From: an uncultured Actinomycetota bacterium | GTDB lineage: Bacteria > Actinomycetota > Actinomycetes > Jiangellales > Jiangellaceae | Length of the DNA stretch: 32,000 bases | Assembly: GCA_963831385.1 (NCBI GenBank) | Contig: CAWHPW010000003.1 | Location: forward strand, 1-32,000 | Reading direction: 5' to 3' | Part shown: piece by piece, positions 9,129-16,930 of the stretch | How the letters are laid out: each line of letters starts with the position of its first letter | Position numbering within the stretch: position 1 is the stretch's first letter | Translations under genes and position numbers: made by a program | Notes under the pieces: model-generated | What the model was told of the DNA's origin: nothing | The model's database searches: none | The model's input: the letters and a program-made list of their open reading frames with translations, nothing else

Positions 9129-9697
9129 GCCGCATCCGTTCTCTCGGCCGCGTCGAGATCGACATGGCACTCGACCTCGACCTCGTCGCGCAGCTTCAGC
9201 GCGCCCAGGAAGGCCGAGTATGGCTTGATCCCGAACGCGGTCTGGGCCACGGTCGTCGCGACTCGCCAATGGTCCGGGGAGACCTCCCGTACCTGAAGCA
9301 CGATCGGCGCCGCCGTCCCGCCTATCGTCAGCGTGCCGCCGATCGTCTCGACCACCGGGGTCGCGGTGATCCAGTCCGAGGCGAAGACAGCCATCGGGTC
9401 GCGGCCCACCATCAGGATCCGCCGCGCGGTATCCTCGATCTCTCGCCGGTCGCGGTCCGTGAGCGGCACGGCGCCGCCGGTTCCCTCCCGGACCTCGAGT
9501 GAGCGCAGGTCGGCGGTCGCTTCGACGTGGGCGCCGACGGGATTCGTCGGGTCGGAAACGTCCACCTCGGCGGACCAAACCGTCACGTCGATGGTGAGGT
9601 CGTGGCCCACTCTCGAGGCGAATCCGGACCGGCGGGTGCGTAGGAGCAGCCTGCCGCTGTCCGGCCCGAATCGCAGCCGGCCGCGAGGGACCGCCAT
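9125..9697 (-). CDS. YceI-family (polyisoprenoid-binding-like) protein (190 aa)
   Basis: The length and beta-barrel-type sequence (GRLLLRTRRSGFASRVGHDLTIDVTVWSAEVDV ... GTLTIGGTAAPIVL ... FGIKPYSAFLGALKLRDEVEVECHVDL) match the YceI-like family as I recall it. Confidence 0.75.
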   Translation of the reverse strand: MAVPRGRLRFGPDSGRLLLRTRRSGFASRVGHDLTIDVTVWSAEVDVSDPTNPVGAHVEATADLRSLEVREGTGGAVPLTDRDRREIEDTARRILMVGRDPMAVFASDWITATPVVETIGGTLTIGGTAAPIVLQVREVSPDHWRVATTVAQTAFGIKPYSAFLGALKLRDEVEVECHVDLDAAERTDAA

Positions 9698-9706
9698 GCG
9701 GCGACA

Positions 9707-10258
9707 CTAGGGGAATGGGACCTCGCCGAACACCTCGTGGATGCGCCGCAGGTCGCGCATGCGCGGTTCGGTGGCGCCACCCACCCAGCGGCTGACCGTC
9801 CGCACCGATACGCCGAGCTGACGCGCCGCCGCCTCCATGGTCAGGCCCTCCCGGCGCAGCGTCTCGGCCATCCACTCCGAGAACGTGCCGGTCGGAAGCC
9901 CGGCGCCGTCCATACGGTCTGTTCCCGGTTCGGCGGACAGCCAGCCGGCGAGTGGCTCCGCCCGGGGGTCGACCTCGCCCGTGTGCGACCGCAGGACGTC
10001 GACCTCTGCGTGGTCGGGGAAGATCCGGAACGAGACCTGGATCGTGCCATCGGGCCCAGCAGCGTCGAGCAGTGCCTCGGACACGCTCGCGCTCACGGCG
10101 GCGTTGTCCTCCTCGGACAGCGGGGATTGATCGAGCCAGCGGTGCACGAAGTCGCGGATGTCGGGAATCGATGACGGGCGGGCCGGGAAGGTCTGTGACA
10201 CGACGACGAGGGGCACCACCTCGAGGTCGTCGCCACTTGCCCGGTCAGGCGGCTCCAT
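9707..10258 (-). CDS. Fusion regulator: degenerate RsbW/HATPase-like N-terminal domain + C-terminal XRE-type HTH (183 aa from the ATG at 10258)
   Basis: C-terminus LTMEAAARQLGVSVRTVSRWVGGATEPRMRDLRRIHEVFG is an HTH. The N-terminus FPARPSSIPDIRDFVHRWL...AVSASVSEALLDAAGPDGTIQVSFRIFPDHAEVDVL follows the anti-sigma-kinase (RsbW-like) pattern but lacks the N-box Asn. Alternative starts are at 10279, 10291 and 10393. Confidence 0.65.
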   Translation of the reverse strand: MEPPDRASGDDLEVVPLVVVSQTFPARPSSIPDIRDFVHRWLDQSPLSEEDNAAVSASVSEALLDAAGPDGTIQVSFRIFPDHAEVDVLRSHTGEVDPRAEPLAGWLSAEPGTDRMDGAGLPTGTFSEWMAETLRREGLTMEAAARQLGVSVRTVSRWVGGATEPRMRDLRRIHEVFGEVPFP

Positions 10259-10324
10259 CGCACACCTCTCGCATCGCATACCGGTACCCATGAGCGTACG
10301 GACCGCAGAGCGACGAGGGCACCC

Positions 10325-10336
10325 GACACATGTGTC
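10325..10336. promoter_or_regulatory. Perfect 12-bp palindrome GACACATGTGTC in the divergent regulator/hydrogenase intergenic region (candidate operator)
   Basis: Read directly from the sequence. It is self-complementary over 12 bp and lies 21 nt upstream of a -35-like hexamer. Confidence 0.35.
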
Positions 10337-10356
10337 CGCCGGTTGACGGTTTGGTC

Positions 10357-10385
10357 TTGTGACCGTCCGGAGGCGGGAATACGCT
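10357..10385 (+). promoter_or_regulatory. Candidate sigma-70-type promoter for the hydrogenase operon
   Basis: TTGTGA (10357-10362), 17-nt spacer, TACGCT (10380-10385). It would give a ~210-nt leader before the GTG at 10601. Based on sequence resemblance only. Confidence 0.2.
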
Positions 10386-10600
10386 GCTGTCACCCGGCCC
10401 GGGCGAGCGCCTGTGCCGGTGCCCTGGGGGCAGCTGATGAGCGAACCTCATCGCGACGTGTCCGCGTCGACAGCCTCGCGGACCGTGAGCGGGCGGTGGC
10501 TCGCACAGCACATCTCACCTCGAACGCGCCGGTCGGCCCACAATGCCGGCTGTGCCGCCACGCCCTGGCATTCGCAGTCCTCGAGAAGGGGAGACGCACC

Positions 10601-11650
10601 GTGACAACGACGACGGAAACCGATGAAGCGGTCGTACACATCCTCTGGATGAACGGTGGCCTCGGTTGCGACGGCGACTCGGTGGCCCTGACGGCTGCCA
10701 CCCAGCCGAGTATCGAGGAGATCGTGCTGGGCGCTCTGCCCGGGCTCCCGAAGGTCGCGGTGCACTGGCCGCTGATCGACTTCGAGTGCGGGCCCGAACA
10801 GGGTGCCGACACGTTCATCGAGTGGTGGCACAAGGCCGACCGCGGCGAGCTCGAACCATTCGTGCTGGTCGTCGAGGGCTCGATCCCCAACGAAGCGATC
10901 AAGGATGAGGGCTACTGGTGCGGCTTCGGCAACAACCCAGCGACCGGGCAGCCGATGACCACCAGCGAATGGTTGGACCGACTGGCCCCGAAGGCTACTG
11001 CGATCCTCGCTGCAGGAACCTGCGCCACCTACGGCGGCATCCACGCCATGGCCGGAAACCCGACCGGAGCGATGGGTGTGCCTGACTACTTGGGCTGGGA
11101 CTGGAGGTCCAAGGCAGGCCTGCCGATCGTGTGTGTGCCCGGCTGCCCGACTCACCCCGACAACCTGTCCGAGACGATCCTCTACCTGCTCTACCAGGTC
11201 GCCGGCCAGGCGCCCATGATCCCACTGGACGAGGCACTGCGCCCCCTCTGGCTGTTCGGGGCGACGGTGCACGAAGGCTGCGACCGCGCCGGCTACTACG
11301 AGCAGGGTCAGTTCGCCAAGGCGTACGACTCACCGAAGTGCCTGGTCAAGATCGGCTGCTGGGGACCGGTGGTCAAGTGCAACGTGCCCAAGCGTGGCTG
11401 GATCAATGGTGTCGGCGGCTGCCCGAACGTGGGTGGCATCTGCATCGGCTGCACCATGCCTGGCTTCCCGGACAAGTTCATGCCGTTCATGGACGCCCCG
11501 CCCGGCTCCCTGGTTTCCAGCACTGCCAGCGCGGCATACGGCAGCGTCATCCGCACGCTTCGCGGCTACACGCTCCGGGCCGCGGACAAGGAGCCCAAGT
11601 GGCGAATGAAAGGCACTGAGCTGAGTACCGGCTACCAGAAGGTGCGGTGA
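10601..11650 (+). CDS. hhyS: [NiFe]-hydrogenase small subunit, group 1h type, no Tat signal (349 aa)
   Basis: GTG at 10601 preceded by GAAGGGGAG. The product begins VTTTTETDEAVVHILWMNGGLGCDGDS, i.e. the conserved core starts immediately with no RRxFxK twin-arginine leader. Cys clusters: GTCATYGG, VPGCPTHP, HEGCDR, KIGCWGPVVKCN, GGCPNVGGICIGCTMPGFPD. It lies directly upstream of the large subunit. Confidence 0.9.
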   Translation: MTTTTETDEAVVHILWMNGGLGCDGDSVALTAATQPSIEEIVLGALPGLPKVAVHWPLIDFECGPEQGADTFIEWWHKADRGELEPFVLVVEGSIPNEAIKDEGYWCGFGNNPATGQPMTTSEWLDRLAPKATAILAAGTCATYGGIHAMAGNPTGAMGVPDYLGWDWRSKAGLPIVCVPGCPTHPDNLSETILYLLYQVAGQAPMIPLDEALRPLWLFGATVHEGCDRAGYYEQGQFAKAYDSPKCLVKIGCWGPVVKCNVPKRGWINGVGGCPNVGGICIGCTMPGFPDKFMPFMDAPPGSLVSSTASAAYGSVIRTLRGYTLRAADKEPKWRMKGTELSTGYQKVR

Positions 11651-11656
11651 ACGACG

Positions 11657-13450
11657 ATGACCACATACGCGCCCGACCCGACTGCCACCGACACTCCCGA
11701 CACCGACCTGGTGGAGATGGCCTGGGACCCGATCACCAGGATCGTGGGCAGTCTCGGCATCTACACGAAGATCGACTTCAAGCAGAAGAAGGTCGTCGAG
11801 TGTCATAGCACGTCGTCGATCTTCCGTGGGTACAGCATCTTCATGCGCGGCAAGGACCCGCGGGACGCGCACTTCATCACCAGCCGGATCTGCGGGATCT
11901 GCGGGGACAACCACGCAACCTGCTCGGTCTACACGCAGAACATGGCCTACGGGGTGCGACCGCCGCATCTCGGTGAGTGGATCATCAACCTCGGTGAGTC
12001 CGCCGAGTACATGTTCGACCACAACATCTTCCAGGAGAACCTGGTCGGGGTGGACTACTGCGAGAAGATGGTCAAGGAGACCAATCCGGGCGTTCTCGAG
12101 CGGGCCAACGTGACTGAGGCGCCGCACGCCGCCGACCATGGCTACCGGACCATCGGCGACATCATGCGCTCACTGAACCCCCTCGAGGGCGAGTTCTATC
12201 GCGAGGCGCTGCAGGTCAGCCGGTACACGCGGGAGATGTTCTGCCTCATGGAGGGCAGGCATGTCCACCCATCCACGCTCTACCCGGGCGGTGTGGGCAC
12301 CGTCGCCACGGTGCAACTGTTTACCGACTACCTCACCCGGCTGATGCGCTACGTGGAGTTCATGAAGCGGGTCGTGCCGATGCACGACGACCTGTTCGAC
12401 TTCTTCTACGAAGCGCTTCCGGGCTACGAGCAGGTGGGCCAACGACGGGTCCTCCTGGGCTGCTGGGGTGCTCTCAATGACCCCGATGCGTGCGACTTCC
12501 GGTACGAGACCATGACCGACTGGGGTCGCAAGATGTTCGTCAGTCCCGGCGTGATCGTCGACGGCAAGCTGGTGACCAACGATCTGGTGAAGATCAACCT
12601 GGGCATTCGGATCCTGCTCGGAAGCTCGTACTACGAGGACTGGGAAGGCAAGGAGAAGTTCGTCACGCACGACGCGTTGGGCAACCCGGTGGACGCCCGG
12701 CATCCGTGGAACCAGCACACCATTCCGAAGCCGCAGAAGCGGGACTTCGACAACGCGTACAGCTGGACGATGTCCCCGCGTTGGTTCGACGGGCAGGACC
12801 ACCTGCCGCTGGACACGGGCGGCGGACCCATCGCCCGGCTGTGGGCCACCGCGCTGGGTGGGTTGGTCGACTTCGGGTACGTCAAGTCGACCGGTCACAG
12901 CGTGTTGATCAACCTGCCGAAGACGATGTCCAAGCCGGAGGTCACCTACGAGTGGAAGATCCCGCAGTGGAGCAACGCGCTGGAGCGCAACCGAGCCCGT
13001 ACCTATTTCCAGGCCTACGCCGCAGCGTGCGCCGTGTATTTCGTCGAGAAGGCGCTGGCTGAGATCCGGGCCGGGCACACCAAGACGTGGGAGTCGTTCA
13101 AGGTGCCCGACGACGCCCACAGCGTCGGCTTCACGGAGGCGGTGCGGGGGGTGCTTTCCCACCACATGGTGATCCGTGGCGGCAAGATCGCGAACTACCA
13201 CCCGTATCCGCCGACGCCATGGAACGGCAGCGTCCGCGACGTCTACGGCACCCCAGGCCCGTATGAGGACGCGGTTCAGAACACCCCGATCTTCGAGGAG
13301 AACCAGCCCGACAACTTCAAGGGAATCGACATCATGCGGGCCGTGCGCAGCTTCGACCCGTGCCTGCCGTGTGGGGTGCACATGTACCTCGGCGGCGGGC
13401 GGGTGCTGCAGACCAGCCACTCGCCACAAGCGGTCACCCTCGCGATCTAG
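11657..13450 (+). CDS. hhyL: [NiFe]-hydrogenase large subunit, group 1h (formerly group 5) high-affinity type (597 aa)
   Basis: N-terminal Ni-Fe ligand motif TSRICGICGDNH. C-terminal motif SFDPCLPCGVH followed by a 22-aa tail (MYLGGGRVLQTSHSPQAVTLAI). These are the L1/L2 signatures I recall for group 1h/5 enzymes. Confidence 0.95.
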   Translation: MTTYAPDPTATDTPDTDLVEMAWDPITRIVGSLGIYTKIDFKQKKVVECHSTSSIFRGYSIFMRGKDPRDAHFITSRICGICGDNHATCSVYTQNMAYGVRPPHLGEWIINLGESAEYMFDHNIFQENLVGVDYCEKMVKETNPGVLERANVTEAPHAADHGYRTIGDIMRSLNPLEGEFYREALQVSRYTREMFCLMEGRHVHPSTLYPGGVGTVATVQLFTDYLTRLMRYVEFMKRVVPMHDDLFDFFYEALPGYEQVGQRRVLLGCWGALNDPDACDFRYETMTDWGRKMFVSPGVIVDGKLVTNDLVKINLGIRILLGSSYYEDWEGKEKFVTHDALGNPVDARHPWNQHTIPKPQKRDFDNAYSWTMSPRWFDGQDHLPLDTGGGPIARLWATALGGLVDFGYVKSTGHSVLINLPKTMSKPEVTYEWKIPQWSNALERNRARTYFQAYAAACAVYFVEKALAEIRAGHTKTWESFKVPDDAHSVGFTEAVRGVLSHHMVIRGGKIANYHPYPPTPWNGSVRDVYGTPGPYEDAVQNTPIFEENQPDNFKGIDIMRAVRSFDPCLPCGVHMYLGGGRVLQTSHSPQAVTLAI

Positions 13451-13460
13451 CCGGGCGACC

Positions 13461-14345
13461 GTGGAAACCGCTGGCCCGCGCGTCGTCGGGGAGCGCATAG
13501 AGGCGCTCCTCGACGAGTTGCGCTCGAGTCGCGATCCTCGCGCAGCGGCGGTGGCCGAAGAGCTGGTGCGCTCTATCGTCGACCTCTACGGCGCGGCGCT
13601 GGCCCGAGTGATGGAGCTCGCCAGCGCCGATCCATCGAGTCCGGCTTTGGTCGACAAGCTTGTGGCCGACCCGCTCGTCGAGAGCCTCCTGCTGGTACAT
13701 GATCTCCATCCGCTCGACGTCGATACTCGGATCCAGCGGGCGTTGGACGGTGTTCGGCCCTATCTGGGCTCGCACGCGGGCGGTGTGCAGTACCAGGGCG
13801 TCGACGACGCCGGGATCGTCCACCTCACCCTGGAAGGGAGTTGCAACGGCTGCCCGTCGTCCACATTGACAGTGAAGCTGGCGATCGAACGGGCAATCAC
13901 CGATGCGGCGCCGGAAACGGTCGGCGTGGACGTGGTCGGCATGGTCGACGAGTCGGTGCCGCCGCTGTTGCAGATCCAGCCACGACCGCCTGACCAACAG
14001 GTCGCTCCTGCGCCGGCACCCGCCGCCGAGCCGGGCTGGGTGCGGCTGCCGTCGCTTGCCGTTCAGGCTCCGACCACCGTCATGGTGGATGGCCTCGCGG
14101 TGCTCATATGCCGGCTCGACGGTTCCCTGTATGCCTATCGCGACGGCTGCCCCGCGTGCGGCCACGAGCTGGCGGATGGCCGCCTCGACGGCGACTCGCT
14201 TCGGTGCCCTGGCTGCGGCAGTCGCTACGACGTGCGACTGGCCGGCATGGGCCTCGACGATCCGAGCCACCACCTGGTCCCACTGCCACTACTCGCCGAT
14301 GACGCCGGCGTGCGGATCGCTATCGGCGCCGGGATCGCGTCGTGA
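13461..14345 (+). CDS. hhyE: NifU-like domain / Cys4 Rieske-fold-like fusion protein (HhyE-like putative Fe-S protein, 294 aa)
   Basis: GTG at 13461. Central NifU C-terminal-domain motif LEGSCNGCPSSTLTVKLAIE, then a Pro/Ala linker. The C-terminal domain has CPACGH ... CPGCGSRYD (C-x2-C-x17-C-x2-C). The position right after hhyL matches HhyE of Mycobacterium smegmatis as I recall it. Confidence 0.8.
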   Translation: METAGPRVVGERIEALLDELRSSRDPRAAAVAEELVRSIVDLYGAALARVMELASADPSSPALVDKLVADPLVESLLLVHDLHPLDVDTRIQRALDGVRPYLGSHAGGVQYQGVDDAGIVHLTLEGSCNGCPSSTLTVKLAIERAITDAAPETVGVDVVGMVDESVPPLLQIQPRPPDQQVAPAPAPAAEPGWVRLPSLAVQAPTTVMVDGLAVLICRLDGSLYAYRDGCPACGHELADGRLDGDSLRCPGCGSRYDVRLAGMGLDDPSHHLVPLPLLADDAGVRIAIGAGIAS

Positions 14346-14989
14346 CCGTGAGCGGGACCGGACTGCGCCGGTTCACGCGCCAGGCGCCGGAGGTCGTCGA
14401 AGCCCCCGCTCCGCGCGAGGTCGAACGATGTGAGTTCTGCGGTGCTGAGCTGGACGACCGGCACGGCCACGTCGTCGAGGTGGAGCAGCGGTCGATCTCC
14501 TGCGCCTGCCGGGCCTGCTACCTGCTGTTCACCCACCGCGGCGCCGCCGGCGGTCGCTACCAGGCTGTGCCAGACCGTTACCTGACCGATCCGGAGGGCA
14601 CGCTGACCGACGCCGAGTGGGACGAGCTCGCGATCCCGGTCCTGCCGACGTTCTTCTTCCACAACTCCGTCCTCGGCCGGGTGGTCGCCTCCTATCCGAG
14701 CCCGGGCGGAGCGACCGAGTGCGAGCTCAACCTCGACGCCTGGGACCGTCTCGCCGTCGAGCACCCCTTGTTGTCGGCGCTGGCCACCGACGTCGAGGCG
14801 CTCTATGTCACCCGCACCGATAGAGGCCTGGAGTCCTTCGTCATCCCGATCGACGTCTGCTACGCCCTGGTCGGCGAGATCCGGCTGCGGTGGAGCGGTT
14901 TTGACGGCGGTGCGGAAGTGCGCGAGACGCTGGCGCGGTTCCTCGACGACCTGCATGAGCGCAGTACTGCGTTCACCGCGGGGGACTGA
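14342..14989 (+). CDS. Conserved hydrogenase-cluster protein of unknown function, N-terminal Cys-rich motif (215 aa)
   Basis: The GTG at 14342 overlaps the upstream stop (GTGA). N-terminal CEFCGAELDDRHGHVVEVEQRSISCACRACY (C-x2-C ... C-x-C-x2-C). Strong GC3 coding bias. Confidence 0.8.
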   Translation: MTVSGTGLRRFTRQAPEVVEAPAPREVERCEFCGAELDDRHGHVVEVEQRSISCACRACYLLFTHRGAAGGRYQAVPDRYLTDPEGTLTDAEWDELAIPVLPTFFFHNSVLGRVVASYPSPGGATECELNLDAWDRLAVEHPLLSALATDVEALYVTRTDRGLESFVIPIDVCYALVGEIRLRWSGFDGGAEVRETLARFLDDLHERSTAFTAGD

Positions 14990-14990
14990 C

Positions 14991-15638
14991 GTGGCAGAAC
15001 TGACGTTCGCGTGTCTCGGCGCCCGGGCGGAGCAGTACACCGTGGCACCGACGCTGGCGTTCACCATCCGGATCGCCGAGACCACCGGCATCCCCGTGCA
15101 CGCAATCGCGTTGCGGGTCCAGATCCGCATCCAACCGCACGCGCGCCAGTACTCCGACGCCGAGGCCGAGCGGTTGACCGACCTGTTCGGCGAGCGGTCG
15201 CGGTGGGGAGACACGCTCAAGGCCATCCAGTTCACCGCGGTCACCGCGATGGTCCCCGGATTCACCGGTTCGGTCGACATCGACCTGCCCGTGCCGTGCA
15301 CCTACGACCTCGAGGTCGCGTGCGGGCGTTACTTCAACGCACTCGACGATGGCGAGGTCCCGTTGCTGCTGCTCTACAGCGGTACGGTCTTCGCCCGGCA
15401 GGGCGACCGGTTCGCCGTGGACCAGGTGCCATGGTCGGAGGAAACCGCCTACCGGCTGCCGGTGGCCGTCTGGCGCGAGATGGTCGACCGGTACTTCCCG
15501 GACAGCGGTTGGCTGAAGCTGCGGCGCGACACCATCGACGCACTGGCCACGTACAAGTCCCGGCGGGCGCTGCCAACCTGGGATGCGACTCTCGACGCAC
15601 TGCTCGCCAGCGCCGAGGAGGAGGTTGGCCGGCCGTGA
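14991..15638 (+). CDS. Conserved hydrogenase-cluster protein of unknown function (215 aa)
   Basis: The GTG at 14991 is 1 nt after the upstream stop. Non-repetitive, globular-looking sequence (VAELTFACLGARAEQYTVAPTLAFTIRIAE...). No recognisable catalytic motif. Confidence 0.8.
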   Translation: MAELTFACLGARAEQYTVAPTLAFTIRIAETTGIPVHAIALRVQIRIQPHARQYSDAEAERLTDLFGERSRWGDTLKAIQFTAVTAMVPGFTGSVDIDLPVPCTYDLEVACGRYFNALDDGEVPLLLLYSGTVFARQGDRFAVDQVPWSEETAYRLPVAVWREMVDRYFPDSGWLKLRRDTIDALATYKSRRALPTWDATLDALLASAEEEVGRP

Positions 15639-16930
15639 ACCTCGAGACTGCGCGCCGGGTCGCCGACACGATGCTTTACGAGGGCTATGTGCTCTACCCG
15701 TACCGCGCCTCGGCACAGAAGAACCGCAGCCGGTGGCAGTTCGGTGTCGTGATGCCCGCGGCATACGCCGCCGCCGATCCGTCAGAGACCGCCGCGACTC
15801 GGACCGAGTGTGTTCTCGCATACGCGGACGCCATGGTCGATGTGGTATTGCGGTTCCTCCAGGTGCAGCGGCGCACCGTCGTGGGCGGTTCGGCCCCGGA
15901 CTGGGACGAAGCGGTCGAGCAGGAGATCCGGGTCACGACGAGCGTGGAGGCCCTGGCGGCCGGACCGGTCGAGCAGGAGTTTCTTGTCGCCGGCGGTGTC
16001 ACGACCGAGCAACTGCCCGGCGAGGACAGTGAGGCTGGCGACGTCGTCGAGGTGGTGCGCCGGCGCGAGCCGCTGGCCGGTGTGGTGCGTGTGACCGGCC
16101 GGCGGCTGCCCGGGCAGCCGCCGGCGCTCCGGCTCCGCGTCGACGTAGAGAACCGGTCCCCCTGCACGCCCGGGTCGCGCGACGACGCGCTGCCCGCCGC
16201 CCTTGTCGCCGCGCACACGATCCTCTCGGTCGACCGTGGAGAGTTCGTGTCGATGGTCGACCCACCTGCCTGGGCCGCATCGGCCGTCGCGGAGTGCGAG
16301 AACACCGGCGGCTGGCCGGTCCTGGCCGGAACGGACGGCGCGGCGGACGTCATGCTCTGCGCGCCGATCATCCTCTATGACCACCCCGAGATTGCAGCGG
16401 AGAGCCCGGGCGACCTGTACGACGCCACGGAGATCGACGAGATCCTCACCCTGCGCACACTTGCCTTGACCGACGAGGAGAAGCGCGAGGCCCGGGCCAC
16501 TGACCCCCGGGCAGCCGAGATCATCGACCGGACCGAGTCGCTAGATGCTGCGGCATTCGAGCGTCTGCACGGTGTCGTCCGCGACCTGCGTGCGGTGCCA
16601 GCCCCCATGGCCAGGCCCGACGCACCGTGGTGGGATCCCGAGGCCGACGCGTCCGTGTCACCCGGAACCGACGCCATCGTGGTCGCCGGTCGGGAGGTAA
16701 GCCGGGGGAGCACGGTCCTTCTCCGGCCGGGAGCGCGCCGGGCCGACGCGCAGGACATGTTTCTCGTCGGCCGGCTCGCCCAAGTGGAAGCCGTGCTGTT
16801 CGACGTCGACGACCAGCCCTACATTGCGGTCAGCTTGGCCGACGACCCGGCCGCGGACATGCAACGCGCGCACGGCCGCTTCCTCTACTTTGCCCCCGAT
16901 GAGGTCGAGCCTGTCGAGGCCCAGCCATGA
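15635..16930 (+). CDS. Conserved hydrogenase-cluster protein of unknown function (431 aa)
   Basis: The GTG at 15635 overlaps the upstream stop (GTGA). The product begins VNLETARRVADTMLYEGYVLYPYRASAQKNRSRWQFGVV. No motif recognised. Confidence 0.8.
   Translation: MNLETARRVADTMLYEGYVLYPYRASAQKNRSRWQFGVVMPAAYAAADPSETAATRTECVLAYADAMVDVVLRFLQVQRRTVVGGSAPDWDEAVEQEIRVTTSVEALAAGPVEQEFLVAGGVTTEQLPGEDSEAGDVVEVVRRREPLAGVVRVTGRRLPGQPPALRLRVDVENRSPCTPGSRDDALPAALVAAHTILSVDRGEFVSMVDPPAWAASAVAECENTGGWPVLAGTDGAADVMLCAPIILYDHPEIAAESPGDLYDATEIDEILTLRTLALTDEEKREARATDPRAAEIIDRTESLDAAAFERLHGVVRDLRAVPAPMARPDAPWWDPEADASVSPGTDAIVVAGREVSRGSTVLLRPGARRADAQDMFLVGRLAQVEAVLFDVDDQPYIAVSLADDPAADMQRAHGRFLYFAPDEVEPVEAQP

Noticed and set aside
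9129-9875. N-terminal 249 aa of the 341-aa minus-strand ORF
   Set aside because: It is Arg/Gly/Pro/Asp low-complexity sequence overlapping the YceI gene in another frame. Only the last 92 codons (8850-9128) look like a real protein.
10343-10600. In-frame upstream extension of the hydrogenase small subunit (would give 435 aa)
   Set aside because: It has no Tat motif or conserved sequence, and the region has non-coding character. A GTG with a strong RBS at 10601 starts exactly at the conserved core.
10448-12139. Minus-strand ORFs of 274 aa (10448-11272) and 269 aa (11330-12139)
   Set aside because: They are antisense to hhyS/hhyL, with low-complexity Arg/Asp/Val-rich translations and no ribosome-binding sites. 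GC-driven artefacts.
12170-13498. 442-aa ORF on the minus strand
   Set aside because: It is entirely antisense to the well-supported hydrogenase large-subunit gene. The translation is Arg/Val/His-rich with no motifs. This is a typical shadow ORF in high-GC DNA.
14225-16384. Several long minus-strand ORFs (358, 282, 225 and 200 aa), plus the 14805 and 15011 plus-strand extensions
   Set aside because: They overlap the coupled hhy accessory genes in other frames, and their translations are Arg/Pro/Gly-rich nonsense. The plus-strand extensions upstream of the GTG starts overlap the preceding genes and lack sensible sequence.
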